DNA of 64,000 bases from Takakia lepidozioides (GCA_030704615.1 CM060734.1:51026001-51090000); one strand, 5' to 3'. Positions 23,556-36,027 are shown, counted from the first letter of the stretch. Program-made: numbers and translations. The notes: a model not told the origin generated them from the letters alone.

Positions 23556-25659
23556 GCAATTAACTGCGAGGGCGGAGCTGGAGCACGCGGACAGGGAGGG
23601 CGGAGGAGCACGACAAACAACGTTTTATGAGTACTCTCTCTGGGCGCGGTATCTATGGCTGCAAGGCTATGACAAACAAAGTCTCATGAGTACATTATCT
23701 TTTTCCTTGAATGTGACCAATTTCTCTGTAGCAACATTCAAGAATTGTCTGATCCCTCTGGCTCTCTTTATATCCTTGAATATGGCCAACTCCACTCTTG
23801 CATTTTCGTTGTCTCTCCCCCTTGCCAGTTTCTAAGATTGTTCGTAACCGTAGATAATTCTCGAGTGGAGGTAGATTGATGGTATTCGCCAGACAGTCAA
23901 CCTCTTCAAATGTTTCAGAGTCAAGGAGCGCATTGGATTTCAAGGAAGGGATTGCTATAGCTAGTGAGAATCTTAGTAGATATGATGCTGCCTGCTCGAG
24001 GAGGGAGATGCTAGGATTTGGAGGCGTGCTCGCAATGGGATTGGCCATGGTTATGGTGGCGCCAAAATAGAAAAGAAACAAAAAACAGGGGTGGGCATGG
24101 AGATGAAGTCTTAGTGAGAAGAAATAAAAAACATGTCTGGTAAGGGCATACAAAAAATGAAACATACTTTGAGAATCGGAGCCAAAAGATCATCTGGGTA
24201 CATGTCCTTAAATCCTCCTCACCTAGCTCGACAGATGGGTGTCATATATGCCCTGGATTATCCTACCGAACCGTCAACGGGTTGGATTGGACCTAGAGAA
24301 GCCTGAAGCAATCCACGTTTATTCTAAACCTTTAGCTCTCCCAACAAACACATCCGTGGAGACTTGCAGAGATAAGACAGGGGATCAATACTTACGCAAC
24401 AATCACAACGTCATGTTGAAGTCGGTGGTGCGCTCGTATGACGCACTGTCTCCAGCCAGTCTCCAACCATCAGTCTATGCCGGACTGATGGTGGATGTAG
24501 GGACTGCTGGGTGGCTGACCTGTTGCAAGGAGCCCGCATCAAAAGATATACACTTATCAGACATGAAACTAAATCGACAGTGCTTTGTACTTCTGTTCTT
24601 TGCGGATCAAAGCGATTGTTTTAACTTCCTCATACTTGAGCTCTAAGTACCATGCCCGCATGCCTGGCCTTTTCCACTAGGCATTCATACAACACTGAGG
24701 ACCAAGTATGTTACATACATGACAATACAAAATAACATAGATAATCCAAATGCCCTACTTAGCTGATGTGGAAGGAACTCCCAAGGGTGAAATCACAGGT
24801 CAGTTGCACACATACCCATCAAACAGAAATGGAACACCATGTTCCTCTTCCCAAACGCACGAGGGTCACTCTATGTATTTTTTCCATATCATTTCATCCT
24901 ATCTTTAGGTAATATTGTAAAACTCTTTGTTTCTTAATACCCTATTTTTCTTTATAATTTTTTTTTGGCAACAATTAACTAGACCCTATTTTAAATTATC
25001 TTTTTAAATAATTGTAAAATTTCAAAGCATGTACACAAACAACATTCCACACATAAGTCAAAGGCCGGACCCAAAGAAAAGTTTAATTTTCATTAGCCAC
25101 GAACTCATTCAAAGCCGCAACATGCATCACTTGGATATAAAGAGTACAAGATATGAGATGGTTCAAATGTCATAATCATTGTTGAGATTATGGTCTCAAC
25201 ATCAATCCACTATGTATCAGTGGAATCATATTTGAACTTCAGCTGACCTCTACCTTTAGAGAACCAATTCAAAAACACCATAATGAAAGGACCCCCAGAT
25301 TTGGGTAAAGCAAGCTTATTCATCAAATCAAAAAGTTGCCTTGATATTCCTCATTTAGAGCTAACTTTCCTTTGAATCTTTTGTACACTGGATGGAATAT
25401 GAGGGATGGATACATTATACTATAGATAAAACTCTTTATTACATTAACTTTTTAAGTAAAACTCTAGACTTTTTGTGACCCATTTTTTTTAAAAATTGGG
25501 TGAAAGAATATTACCCTACCGTATTTTTTAAGTATTTTTTTTCTAAATTTATTCAAAAGAATAAACTGCACCCTATATTTGTTCTCATGTTGTTTTGAAA
25601 ATATGGGGAGTGACCCCCAAGCCCAAACGCTAGTCCTTGAAGTGAACAATTCCACCAAA

Positions 25660-26010
25660 GCTCGTTTGCATATCTCTTCGAGAGTTCCAACCGCTTTTCA
25701 AACACAAGCTCCTTCGTTTTGCTAGCTTTCAACTGGTCTAGTCTCTCAACTTCCACCTCTGCCTGCACACATGGTTAGGGAAGTGTGGCCTACAAGTCAA
25801 AGAAAACATGAATCCATGCCAGATTCTGCATCTGAGATCGTCATTATACTTGGGGAGACTCCCACAACCTGAGCTCGAAAATGTCATTTACAAAACAGTC
25901 ACCGAAGACCAGGAGAATAAGAAGTGTGAACTCACAGCTGCTCTTCACCATCAGTGTCCATCAAGTTCCACATCCCTATCACAAGAAGACGAATCCTTCT
26001 GCCCGTTCGG
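25660..26010 (-). pseudogene. MAP65: MAP65/Ase1 gene fragment (two exon-like pieces)
   Basis: MWNLMDTDGEEQL|GTGAGT, then acceptor TGTGCAG|AEVEVERLDQLKASKTKELVFEKRLEL(frameshift)EEICKRA. These are conserved plant MAP65 segments. Confidence 0.8.
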
Positions 26011-26619
26011 CGCTGGGCTCCGAAACTCACAAAAACCATGGCCACTGTAGAAAAGCTGGCGGACATGGCCGACGAGTTGAGGGGGGGAAATCACGGGGTT
26101 TGCTTTGTGCATTCACAAGCTTGTCGCTATGGCACGGTAGTTGCCTTAACTTCGGTATCCAAGGCACAAATTTTCCAGATTTTCGGCAAGATATTTTGAG
26201 ATTTTGTGTAATTTCGGCAGGATTTGGTGATTTTTTTTTTTAAATCGTTACGAGAATTTATGAATTATTTAATGTCGGACAACATAGGCAAGTACGGTAT
26301 ACCACTTCAGGGTCACTAACTCTTTGTACTAAGTGAAGATGGTTCATGAAAAATATTTATATAAAATAAAAGTTTGTGTCAAAATAAGTGGATCTGGGCC
26401 CTTGTATTTTCAGGACGCTTATGTGCCAAAATTCCACATAGGGACCTTACGATTTGTGTGCTTACAAATATCGTAAGGTCCCTCTGTATATAGTCTTTCC
26501 AGGTCATTTTTGTGCCCACCGTATTAAATTGTTGGGGAACTAAAAACAATATAAGATAAGAAATGTACGTGATCCTTACGTTGGAGAAGGCCCTAAGTTA
26601 CCATTAATGGGCTGGTGGT

Positions 26620-27315
26620 TTAGAGACGTAGAATCCAAGGCAGCGTAACTGTCACCAAACATTGTCCATTTCTTGTTTTCAACGTCACATACCTCCACAC
26701 TTACCCCCTTCTTCTTGTTATAAATTGAATTCAATAAAGGCAATAAGAGGAGGGTATCATACTGTCGTGCCATCATAGTTGCATTTACCTTCCCAACAAA
26801 ACTGCCGATAAGTGAAAGGTCCTTGAATCGAGGATCTAGCATAAGCACAAGCATGTTGTGTGCTTTGCTTGATATATACATCTCTGTAAATGACAAAAAT
26901 GGAGCAAGACCTTTACAACTTGCGCACGCATACGAGCTTGCAATAGGATGATATCAAAGTCAAATAAAGAAGCTTCTTGAACCTGAGCTTCCATTTGCAC
27001 TCTCTCACTTTGCATCTTCACACACAATGAAATGGTTGTAGCCAATGCGTCACTTAATAGCCAATAGCCACGTCGTTGATTCAACACACATAAAGAGACC
27101 ACGGGGAGACAAAGTTGCAAAAATGGCTTGTACAACTGCCCACGTTGCACCTGAAGGGATTCGACCTTGTAGTGCGATTGTTTGGCGACTGTAACAAAGA
27201 TGGATGGCCTGGCGAAACTGAAGTGCTTGCTGAAACTTGATGACCTTCGAAGCAAAACGAGTCTTGACCGGTGTACTCAATTTTTTGGGATTAAGGATGA
27301 ATCCAAGCACGCTTT
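26620..27315 (-). pseudogene. hAT transposase C-terminal half (continuation of 14485-16190, inverted)
   Basis: KACLDS..NPKKLSTPVKTRFASKV...CVLNQRRGYWLLSDAL...KAHNMLVLMLDPRFKDL. It resumes exactly where the + strand half stops (EWTK|ACLDS). Confidence 0.88.
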
Positions 27316-27879
27316 AACTCGATTTTAACTAATTATGGACTGGAGATGAGTCCAGAAATAAGAATAAATGAAAATATAAATGATAGAATAGATCAAACAA
27401 ATAGTTTATTATATTAATAATACATTAGTGCATTATAAATTAGTCATATACACTTTGCCCAAAGAAACATTGACATATATTCGATAAGTTGAAAGAACTT
27501 TGATTCTAATGTCGACGTCCACGAAGAGATATAAAAAAAATAATAGAAACTTCAACAACATTGTAAAGAGCATGAAGTCTTGTACTCACGAAAATTCGAA
27601 AAAACATTGAAATTGTTTGAGCTTCATGTACAGTTCATCTCATCCCATGGAAAAGACAAACCAAACTTGCACGGGAATATGAAAAGATCATTCTTTATTT
27701 CAGAAACAATGATACTCACTGTCAAGTAACGTTGACATACAAGTCGAACTGTGCAGATACACACTACAGAGCTTGCAACTTCTGTAGCAAATTATCCAGA
27801 CGCGCTACCATGGTAGTAAATAATATATATGCCAAAAACTGACATCATATTGGGATGCACATATAAGATTGGTAAAATT

Positions 27880-29950
27880 CTAGACTTGAGAAGAAATTAC
27901 AAATGCTAATTCTCTTCCCAAACGACTTGCATTTATGGGATGAGTTTGAAGATGCCTTCGGTTGTCGAATCCCCGTCCAACTTGACTCTCAACAGCTAAA
28001 GAGAATGATCTATCTTCGGAGTGGTCAAACATGTCATTAGAATTGATGTGGTTGATGAAGTTGAAGATCTTGAACTGGTATGATGTTGGCTTTCTCTTTG
28101 GGAACTCGACTCTATATGGCGAGCTGCATCCGCTTCGTTGATTTGGAAGAACCATTATTTTTCTCTGGAGAAACGTACTTTCTTGAACGTAATGCATATT
28201 AGTGTACATTCATCAGCTACACCACAAATGAGAACCTAGACATTCATGTCGAGGTATGTGTATACATGAATTGAATGGAGACAATATGAACATTTTCACA
28301 AGTATCGCCATTCAAGAGTCTTTATATGAATATAACAATTGAGTATACCAATAAAAAAAATTCAAACAAACTAGGGAGCTCCATATGGTAACCAAAGATA
28401 TGCTACAAGACAACAGCCCCGTGGTTACATTTCGAATCCGTCTTGATTGTAACTCTGTAGAACAAGTGCACGTGTCGGATGAATTTTTGAAGCGACAGTA
28501 AAATATCTGATGCAATCCTCACGTCAGAGGAGATCTTTTGCCTCTGACAAGTGGATCGAAACTTGTTGGTACCCTCCCGCGTGTCTGGGCGAGACGCACA
28601 ACATGAATCATCCACCGACTTCTTCCTCTTAGACATTCGAACATTGAGTCCACGAGGGCATGACATTTAACCATCTCACCCTGAGGATTTGAGATCTCCA
28701 CATCCTGAATTGAATGTCAAATACCGAGATTACGTTGGACTATAATGTAAGAGAAAACGTCGCCTCAATGGCAATCGACACCTCGACATTCATGCCGACG
28801 TAATATTTTTGAAGAATTGAACTATAAGTTTATAAACACCCTCCATTGGAGTCCAGCGAAAGTATCTTCCCAATGATGAATAACTATAGAAATCATATAA
28901 TCATACAAAAGCAGAGAATGCTTCCATAGCTCTCACAAAATGGAACTTATAACTTGCTATGACGGCTTGGTCATACTTACCAAGTTTTATGGACTCAAAA
29001 ACATTCTTGGTGATATTGAGTTCTTCTTTCATCTTTGCCCATTTCTTTTTCGTGTATGGCTCCGGATTATTTTTGGACCTCTCATTCCCGCCGAGGATCA
29101 CCATGATGTCATCAATAACAAACCTCCATATCTTCATATGCTCAATGTAACACTTAATGTCCTAGAATCTACAATCCGTTGTCCAACCTTCTTGATCTGT
29201 CGTTGGTTAACTCCCTGAAGCTTTTGTATTGCCAATTTGGTTAAGGGCACCTGCTCAGACTTGCATGTATTTACAAATGCACCAAGAAGCTCACATACAT
29301 CCCACTTCTCAAATACCTCTTCCCTGACCCCCCATACGTCTTCGTCACTTAGTCCTCAAGCGGCCCAACTTCTCACTGAAAGTGGTGTCGAATCTCTGGG
29401 CTTTGTTTGGCTCATTCAGTAATTTGGATAACTTTATAAGCCTGAGGTGGTTGGTAGACCAAACTATCTTTGCAGGCCACTCACTAAAGTAGTTCACGAG
29501 CTTGTCATCTGAAGGAATATCTTTCACAAGCTCTTGTAATCATAATGTGACTTGGTCAAAAAAAGATATTTAAACGACATCGACATTAATGTCGATGTCT
29601 GCAGCTTAAAAATAACATAAAGTAAAACTAAAATCAGTGAAATAATTACTTGGACTGCAATAATGGTGTGTTGTCCTCCGAAAATGAAAAAATTTGTTCT
29701 CCTCAATCTAGGTAATACCTCCTTCGACTTTTCTGGGTCAATTGGATTGAGGTAGACCGGGTGTTTCGAATCCAAATGTCTTAGCTGTAGAAGCCTTGAC
29801 TTCACCTCATCTTTGTGTTTCACATTCAATGGCCGATTAACCATATGCCTTGGAGCACTTCTATTCTGAAAGTGTCAAATATGGAAGGTTGTCAAAAAAC
29901 CAAAACGAAGCATATCTTTGTATATTTTCACGAGATTTGGTACATTGCCA
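27880..29950 (-). pseudogene. TE accessory gene with ParB/Srx-like N-terminal domain (degenerate, spliced)
   Basis: MVNRPLNVKH...VYLNPID...FFIFGGQHTIIAVQ|GTAATT, then WPAKIVW...LSKLLN and further helical exons. GGQH resembles the ParB/Srx (D/G)GxHR motif. Confidence 0.5.
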
Positions 29951-30038
29951 GTAAAACTCACCAGTTTGTCATGCACATACATATCGCTACACAACTACAT
30001 CGTTGTCCAAAACCACACAACACATGTGCACACCAAAT

Positions 30039-30149
30039 ACTAGTCTATCACTAGTCCACCATTAGTGCACCACTAGTCGTGCCACTAGTGCAACCACTAG
30101 TCCACCACTCGTGCAGCCACTAGCCACCACTAGTGCAGCCACTAGTCCA
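30039..30149. repeat. Short tandem array of ~12-bp CCACTAGT(G/C)CA units
   Basis: About 9 ACTAGT-like cores in ~110 bp. Confidence 0.85.
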
Positions 30150-31929
30150 TTACAATGATAAGGAAAGGAAATACAAGCACACAAGCTCTCTCAAACTTAC
30201 ATACTTGCACATGAAAACATCACTCATATATTAAGTCGAGCCAAGTGCATCCCACGCCATGGGGAATCCACACTACGGCGCCATAGCTAGACGCGGTGAG
30301 GCTCAACTCGAGAAGGATAAGCCCACCGCGATCTGCCGTGAAGATAACAACGCCAGGTGCCCAAACATGTATTGGCCCCTGCATTGACACTTGGATCAAT
30401 CCCAAATGTCAATATATGAAAGCTAGCTATTTCCTAGCTAACTTCACACTAGTGGTAAAATAAATTGACAAGTTGATTACACTCCATTGTTTATTTTGAT
30501 ATCCACACGGGCCTTTGGACGTTTGAGTAGAGTCACTAATATGTTATAGGTTACCTTATCCTAGAAGGGTTGTTTTCTGGAAATGTTGAAATGATCGAAT
30601 AAAGTGATTTTTGAGATAATATCAAGAAAATTGGTTATGCATGATTGTTCACGGTATTTCTCTCTAGTTATCTTCAATGTACTTTGGGGAAACAAAAGAA
30701 CCTCGACATTAGTGTCGAGGTCTGGTTAAAAGCTTGGAGTACTAAAAGTGATAATTGTGGACACATGCAACAATTCAATACTCGATGACTGCATGCAAGC
30801 TGGTCGGAGCATATCTGTGGGGATTTCATTTGCCGTATGGCACCAGATATGCTCACATTAAAGATGTGGAGAGGCAAACCGGAGCGGAGTCCCAAGGTCT
30901 TGTCATTTTCAATGAGGAGAAAGGGATGGGCCCAAAACATTTGGATTTCTCACATCGGCGGGCGGCCCTTGTCAATAAGAGTCCCATGAAAAGACACTGC
31001 CAAGAGGAGATTTAAGTTTTATGAGCGCATGTCAACCAATGTACATGTCTCATATTTCATGCGCTCATGGATTCATTTTCAAGAGGTGCTATACGCGATT
31101 GAGAATGACAGTTTTCAGAAAACTTCGGTGGTCACATCTTCTTCAAAAGAACAGTGTAAGTCGACAGATTGGTCATCAGGGGGGGATGCCGATCATGAAG
31201 AGATTGTATCAACCTCTAGGAAAAGAAACCCCAAGGCCCCTGATGATCTGACATTTATACTGATGCAAAAAAACCAAAATCTAGGGACACATAAGACAAA
31301 GAGAAGTATATTATCTTGGGGCAGCTGGGATGTATGTTGGAGAGCACGGAGTATCCAGAGCTTCCGGGAAAATCTCCGGACCTGGAAATGGAGAACTTCC
31401 AAGTGCTCTCTCTGCCAAGTCGGCATGAGTCTGAAATCCCGGTGTATAGGGGACAGGATAAAATACTATGGAATTCTACCTTCTCAGTTTCACCTGGCGA
31501 AAGCCGGTCCAAAACTACATTTCTCCTAATCTGCATATTTGAATCAGGAGTCTCCACAAATCTGGATCGCCATCTTCGGAGTGTGTGATTCTAGAATATG
31601 TGATCTTAAGCATCTGCCTATTGCTATTAGTGTGTTAATTCACCAGAGTTCCAGAGGAGAAAGACAAAAGAGACTCCATTGATGACCCAATCACGATAGT
31701 TGCATTTGGATTTCTATAACTGCCCATTGAAGAGCCGGGAGAAACCGTATTATCTTCATTCGCATTATTTTTAATGCAACTGGTCGTACCAAACAATTTT
31801 CCAAGCAGATTCATCCAAGTCAAATCGGTTGTCTTAACGTTTGAGATACATCAGTTCCATACAACTGGACCCGGGTTCTTTTTTCGTCATTGTTCCACAA
31901 AAGAAATGGTTCATCAAAGCAACTGAAAT

Positions 31930-33150
31930 CAGCAGTGGTTGAATAGACAATAACCTTCTCCCTCAAAATGATCCTGAACCTCGACATGAATGGCGAGGTC
32001 TCTCATGGTGACCCAATTGTGCTGCTTACAGATTAATTAATCCTGGAACTGCTTGTAAATACCCCAGAAAATACCGAGATATTTTCATTCCCAGCAATGT
32101 CCATGGAATTAATCATAACCAATCTTTATTCTTTTATCAAGAAGGTTGTCTAATAGAAGATCCAGAAAGTTCATCACTCGATGAACTAGCCTTGATTGTC
32201 TCCTTCTACCTGAGCCTAACCTTGACATTTCATTCCCGACAACATCCGTTGAACTAATCCAAACCAGTTATAGTTTTTTTTCCAAAGCAAATTCTCATAC
32301 AGAAGATCCAGAAAAATCATCAATCGGTGAGCTTCGTCTACCTAAGCCTAACCTTGACATTAATGTCGAGGTTCTGAATGGTTTCATCAACAGTGGTCTC
32401 ATGCACAGTAACATTCTCTCTCAAAATGATCCTTAACCTTGACATTAATGTCAAGGTCCCTCAGTGTGACCCAATCATGCTACTTAAAGATTGATTTCTG
32501 GAACTGCTTGTAAATAACCCAGGAAAGACAAAGATATTTTCATTCCCAGCAACGTACATGGGACTAATCCTAACTAGTCTTTGTTTTTTTTCCCAGTAGG
32601 TTCTCTCAAAAAAGATTTAGATAATATATCATTATAACAAAAGGACTTGACCGTCTCCTTCTATCTGAGCCGAACCTTGACATTAATGTCAAGGTTCCTT
32701 ACTTCAACAGTGGTTAAATCCGCGCCAGCTGTTGAATCCTTAACAACCTCAACATTAATGGCGAGGTCTCTCATGGTGACTACCCAATCCTGTTACTTCC
32801 AGATTGGTTCCTAGAACTGCTCGTATATAACCTGAGAAACACCCAGATATCTTCAGTCCTAGTTACATTCATGGGACTAGGACTAATCCTAACTAGTCGT
32901 AGGGTCTTGACCAAACAAGTTCTCTTACATAGTAGTATCTAGAGATTTCATCACTGGATGAACATGCATTGACTGTCTCACTGTACTTGCGCCTAACCTT
33001 GACATTATTGTCAAGGTTCTTAAATATCAGCAGTGTTTGCATCAACAATGGTTGAATCGGGTGATGAAATCAGTAATGGTTGATTAAACGGTAACCTTCT
33101 CTCTCCAAATGATTCTGAACCTCGACATAAATGGCGAGGTCTCTCATGAT
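31930..33150. repeat. Degenerate tandem repeat (~320-460 bp units, 3+ copies), each carrying AACCTYGACATTAATGTCRAGGTT-like palindromes
   Basis: The block CAAAATGATCCT.AACCT..GACAT.AATG.C.AGGT..CTCA..GTGACCCAAT...GAACTGCT.GTA recurs at ~31960, ~32420, ~32745 and ~33105. Confidence 0.85.
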
Positions 33151-33349
33151 GATGCTATTTACATATTGATATAATTACCGGTTAAATTCCATAAACCGGA
33201 AGGGGGGTTGGCGTGTTCTGCCAAAGTTGTGATTTCAATTAATTGGACAGATTGCAGAACCTCGACATTAGTGTGAAGGTACTCTACAGAGTGAATCACC
33301 TCACTATGAACAACCAATATTATGTGTTGTGTGTCATCTTGAAATCCCT

Positions 33350-33600
33350 TGCAATCGTTTTGTTCATATATGCATCTACGATGCATCTAGGTACATTAGT
33401 GTAAGGGTCTTCCAAAGGTCTTGGTTGGTTGTGGATTTCGAGTGTGTGAGTCACATGTGCAATTTTGTGTGTTGCATTGCAATATAATACAAGACAGTCC
33501 AGGTGTGAGAATCACTTAATCTAAAAAAATCATCGAATTAGTTGGTGGGAAGAAACTTAGTAAGTAGTTTTTAAGGACATGTCATCCATGCTGGGACTCG
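33350..33600 (+). mobile_element. Copia aspartic protease remnant (continuation of gag at 21810-22499)
   Basis: 33422-33463 reads WLVVDFECVSHMCN, matching the Copia W..DSG(A/C)..HMC protease motif. Confidence 0.6.
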
Positions 33601-34952
33601 TCCCAAAAACAGACATGAAGCTCTAGGTTTGGCATAAATGACCACTTCCTAGGAATCACCCTGGGGAGTATGGACATTATCATGGAAATTTTTGTTAGTA
33701 GTAGGCTGCAAATTCAAACACAAGGGTATACCCTAGCCGAAGTGCCAAGGATGGAAGACAAAGCATGTAACTGCCCACTCTGAGAGGAAGGGCTGCCCCC
33801 AAGTAGTAGAATCCACTTGTTACCATGCAGAGATCAACACTTCATAGGAGCTGAAGGGGAATAGAGAACAAGTCTAATTTGATTCCCAGGACCAGAGAAG
33901 TTTAACACCACAATGATGGTCAAGCACTAGATAAACAAGATCACCATATCATATACTAACCAAGCCAAAGCCAAAGCTGCTGAACACATGTATTTCAAAG
34001 CTATGAAATATATACACCATACCATAGAGAATCAGCCAACAATTGATGAGTACCTTTTCATGTGGTTTCCAACCGTCATTCACAAGGTTGGAGAAGAGAG
34101 TCATTTGATAGCAACCACTCTATCAAGGCAAAGGTGAAGCCTCGCCTAGACCCATCACAACCAACCAACAAACCTTCACGTTAGTGATCCTTGTGGATTC
34201 CAATTCCGGAGGTGCACCAAAGGCCTACACATGTGATGCCTCCTTCCGTGCAACCATACATATGACATTGAAGATAGCAGAGTTCCCTCAATACGTATCC
34301 ATTATGGGACCTACATTCATTGCGAGGTAAGCGAGCATCACAACTAACAGTGCTTTTATAACCCAGCCTCCATCTCTCTCCTCTGCCTCTGGCTCCTCAA
34401 GTGCATCTGACCTGCTGCAATATCAAAATACAACCCAGTAAATATTGGGGATGAGCAGTTAAGACTGTCCGACAAAAATGAAGTTAAGCATAACTTCTCT
34501 GAACTTGTTTCCAGTCTGTGACATGGGCAAGGACTTTAAGGATGATCTGAAGAGCCTCCCTATATTCGGCACTAGACTGAAATTTATACACAGGGTGGGA
34601 CCTATGTCAGCCCATGCTCCAAAATTGGTGGTCTCATGACAGTAAGCACTCATTCACAAAAGGAAGGTGCCACTAGACCAAGGACTCAAGTAAAGACACA
34701 CCTAGAAGCCCTTGGATTGTAAAAATATTCCTAGATTCGGAGTAGAGCTTAGTCGAGTCCATGCAAGCTCCTCATACTGTCGAGGCTCTTTGTAGCCCTT
34801 CAAGATGCCAAAGGAGTCTGAATGAGATACCTTGCTTGAAGCCATAGTGAACAAAAGTAAGGGAGTCAACTCCTACATGCTTCTCTTCCATATGAAATGA
34901 GTGGCCAGGCTTTCTAACATTATAGGGCAATTTTAAGACCAGGGAAATATAC

Positions 34953-35160
34953 CTTGATGAGCAAGCCTTTGGAAGCCTGAATTCTAGAACCAATAGCGCT
35001 GTCACAATATGCCAGACCTGACGGTGACACTGTCAGATCTGCAGAAGCTTCTGCTGCATGCCCTGGGGTGGGAGACATTGTGGTTGGCAGTCTGTTAGCT
35101 CCAGGGGTCGACTCCAGGAGCAGTGGAGCTGAGCATTGTGGTTGCTGGCTTTCTAGGTGT
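34953..35160 (-). pseudogene. Thylakoid-lumen FKBP (FKBP13-like) first-exon fragment
   Basis: GHAAEASADLTVSPSGLAYCDSAIGSRIQASKGLLIK|GTATAT resembles the FKBP13 start (LTVAPSGLAFCD..VG....KGQLIK). No downstream FKBP exons were seen. Confidence 0.7.
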
Positions 35161-35532
35161 GTTGTTCTTTCCCCCACTATCCAATTGATGGTGCTTTTCA
35201 TGAAGATTATAGTAAAGAAGCCAGGAGAAGAAGTGAAAAGAGCACATAAAGAAAGAATGAAGGTACTATTTTTGGGGCAATTTCTGCGCATTAAATGATT
35301 GGAAAGAACAGAAAAGCTCCATAGCCTCAACTCAACCATCAGGACTTGCGTCACTCACAACCCAAATGGCAGGGCTTGCATGGATTAAATTACATGCATT
35401 TGTGAACGGCAGCGGAATATAGCCCCCTTTTCCTTAAAAAAAAAAACAAAAAAACAAAAAAAGCCGGATATCTCCATAAAACAAGAAAAAAAAATAGAAA
35501 TCAGAATCATGGAAATCCGAATGGAACTATAC

Positions 35533-36027
35533 CTGTGTTGGTTTGGTATGGGTATCAGACCGGAGTATCAACATTGGCATCAACCCTGGTATCACGGACC
35601 AGACCAGCCTGGTCTTAAGTTCTACAATACCAGGTCATATACCAAACCAGGTTGATATCTGTATTCTCATACCAGCCACAATACCAATATCTCCCGTCGT
35701 CTTCCCCATTTACTCGGGTATGTGTATTATACTAGTTTATGGACATACATGTACTTATTTATATTTACTTTATGTTTATTGTATTTATTTTCACTTGATA
35801 TTTGATAAACTTGTAAGTCAAACGGCTTTTGAATGAAGAATTGATATCTCATACCAGCTGGTATTGTGGTCATGATACTCATACTTAAACTATCTGGAAA
35901 AATATACATCCACCATTATACAGATCACACTGGTATGAAAGTTTTGTGATTGGGCTGGTACCAGGACCAGTCTGGTATGTTAAAAAACTGATACCAGACC
36001 TACACCAGTTGGAACCCACAACCGCTA
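35533..36027. mobile_element. Non-autonomous hAT-like/MITE segment
   Basis: More than 10 ATACCA/TGGTAT motifs in both orientations. The start CTGTGTTGG resembles the hAT end at 14485. No TSD found. Confidence 0.4.

Larger units (their letters stand above)
27316..33330. mobile_element. Sola-like element, second arm (inverted), with accessory ParB-like gene and palindrome-rich repeats
   Basis: TIR AACTCGATTTTAACTAATTATGGACT at 27316 next to CTTT (reverse complement of AAAG). It shares a palindrome family with the left arm (copy at 21700-21723). Confidence 0.7.

Noticed and set aside
23255-24650. ORFs of 100-156 aa as host genes
   Set aside because: Low-complexity or unrecognisable, and embedded in TE debris.
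31930-33290. CRISPR-like array of palindromic repeats
   Set aside because: Spacing is irregular (70-450 bp), the intervening sequences are themselves repeats, there are no cas genes, and the context is a eukaryotic TE.
34086-34102. Partner TIR of the Harbinger-like end at ~26590
   Set aside because: Only 10 bp (GTTGGAGAAG) match; the terminal GGCCC and TAA are missing.
35533-36027. 3' terminus of the hAT that starts at 14485
   Set aside because: The left flank GTTTCTAC is not repeated after 36027, and the subterminal motif differs (ATACCA vs TATACCC).
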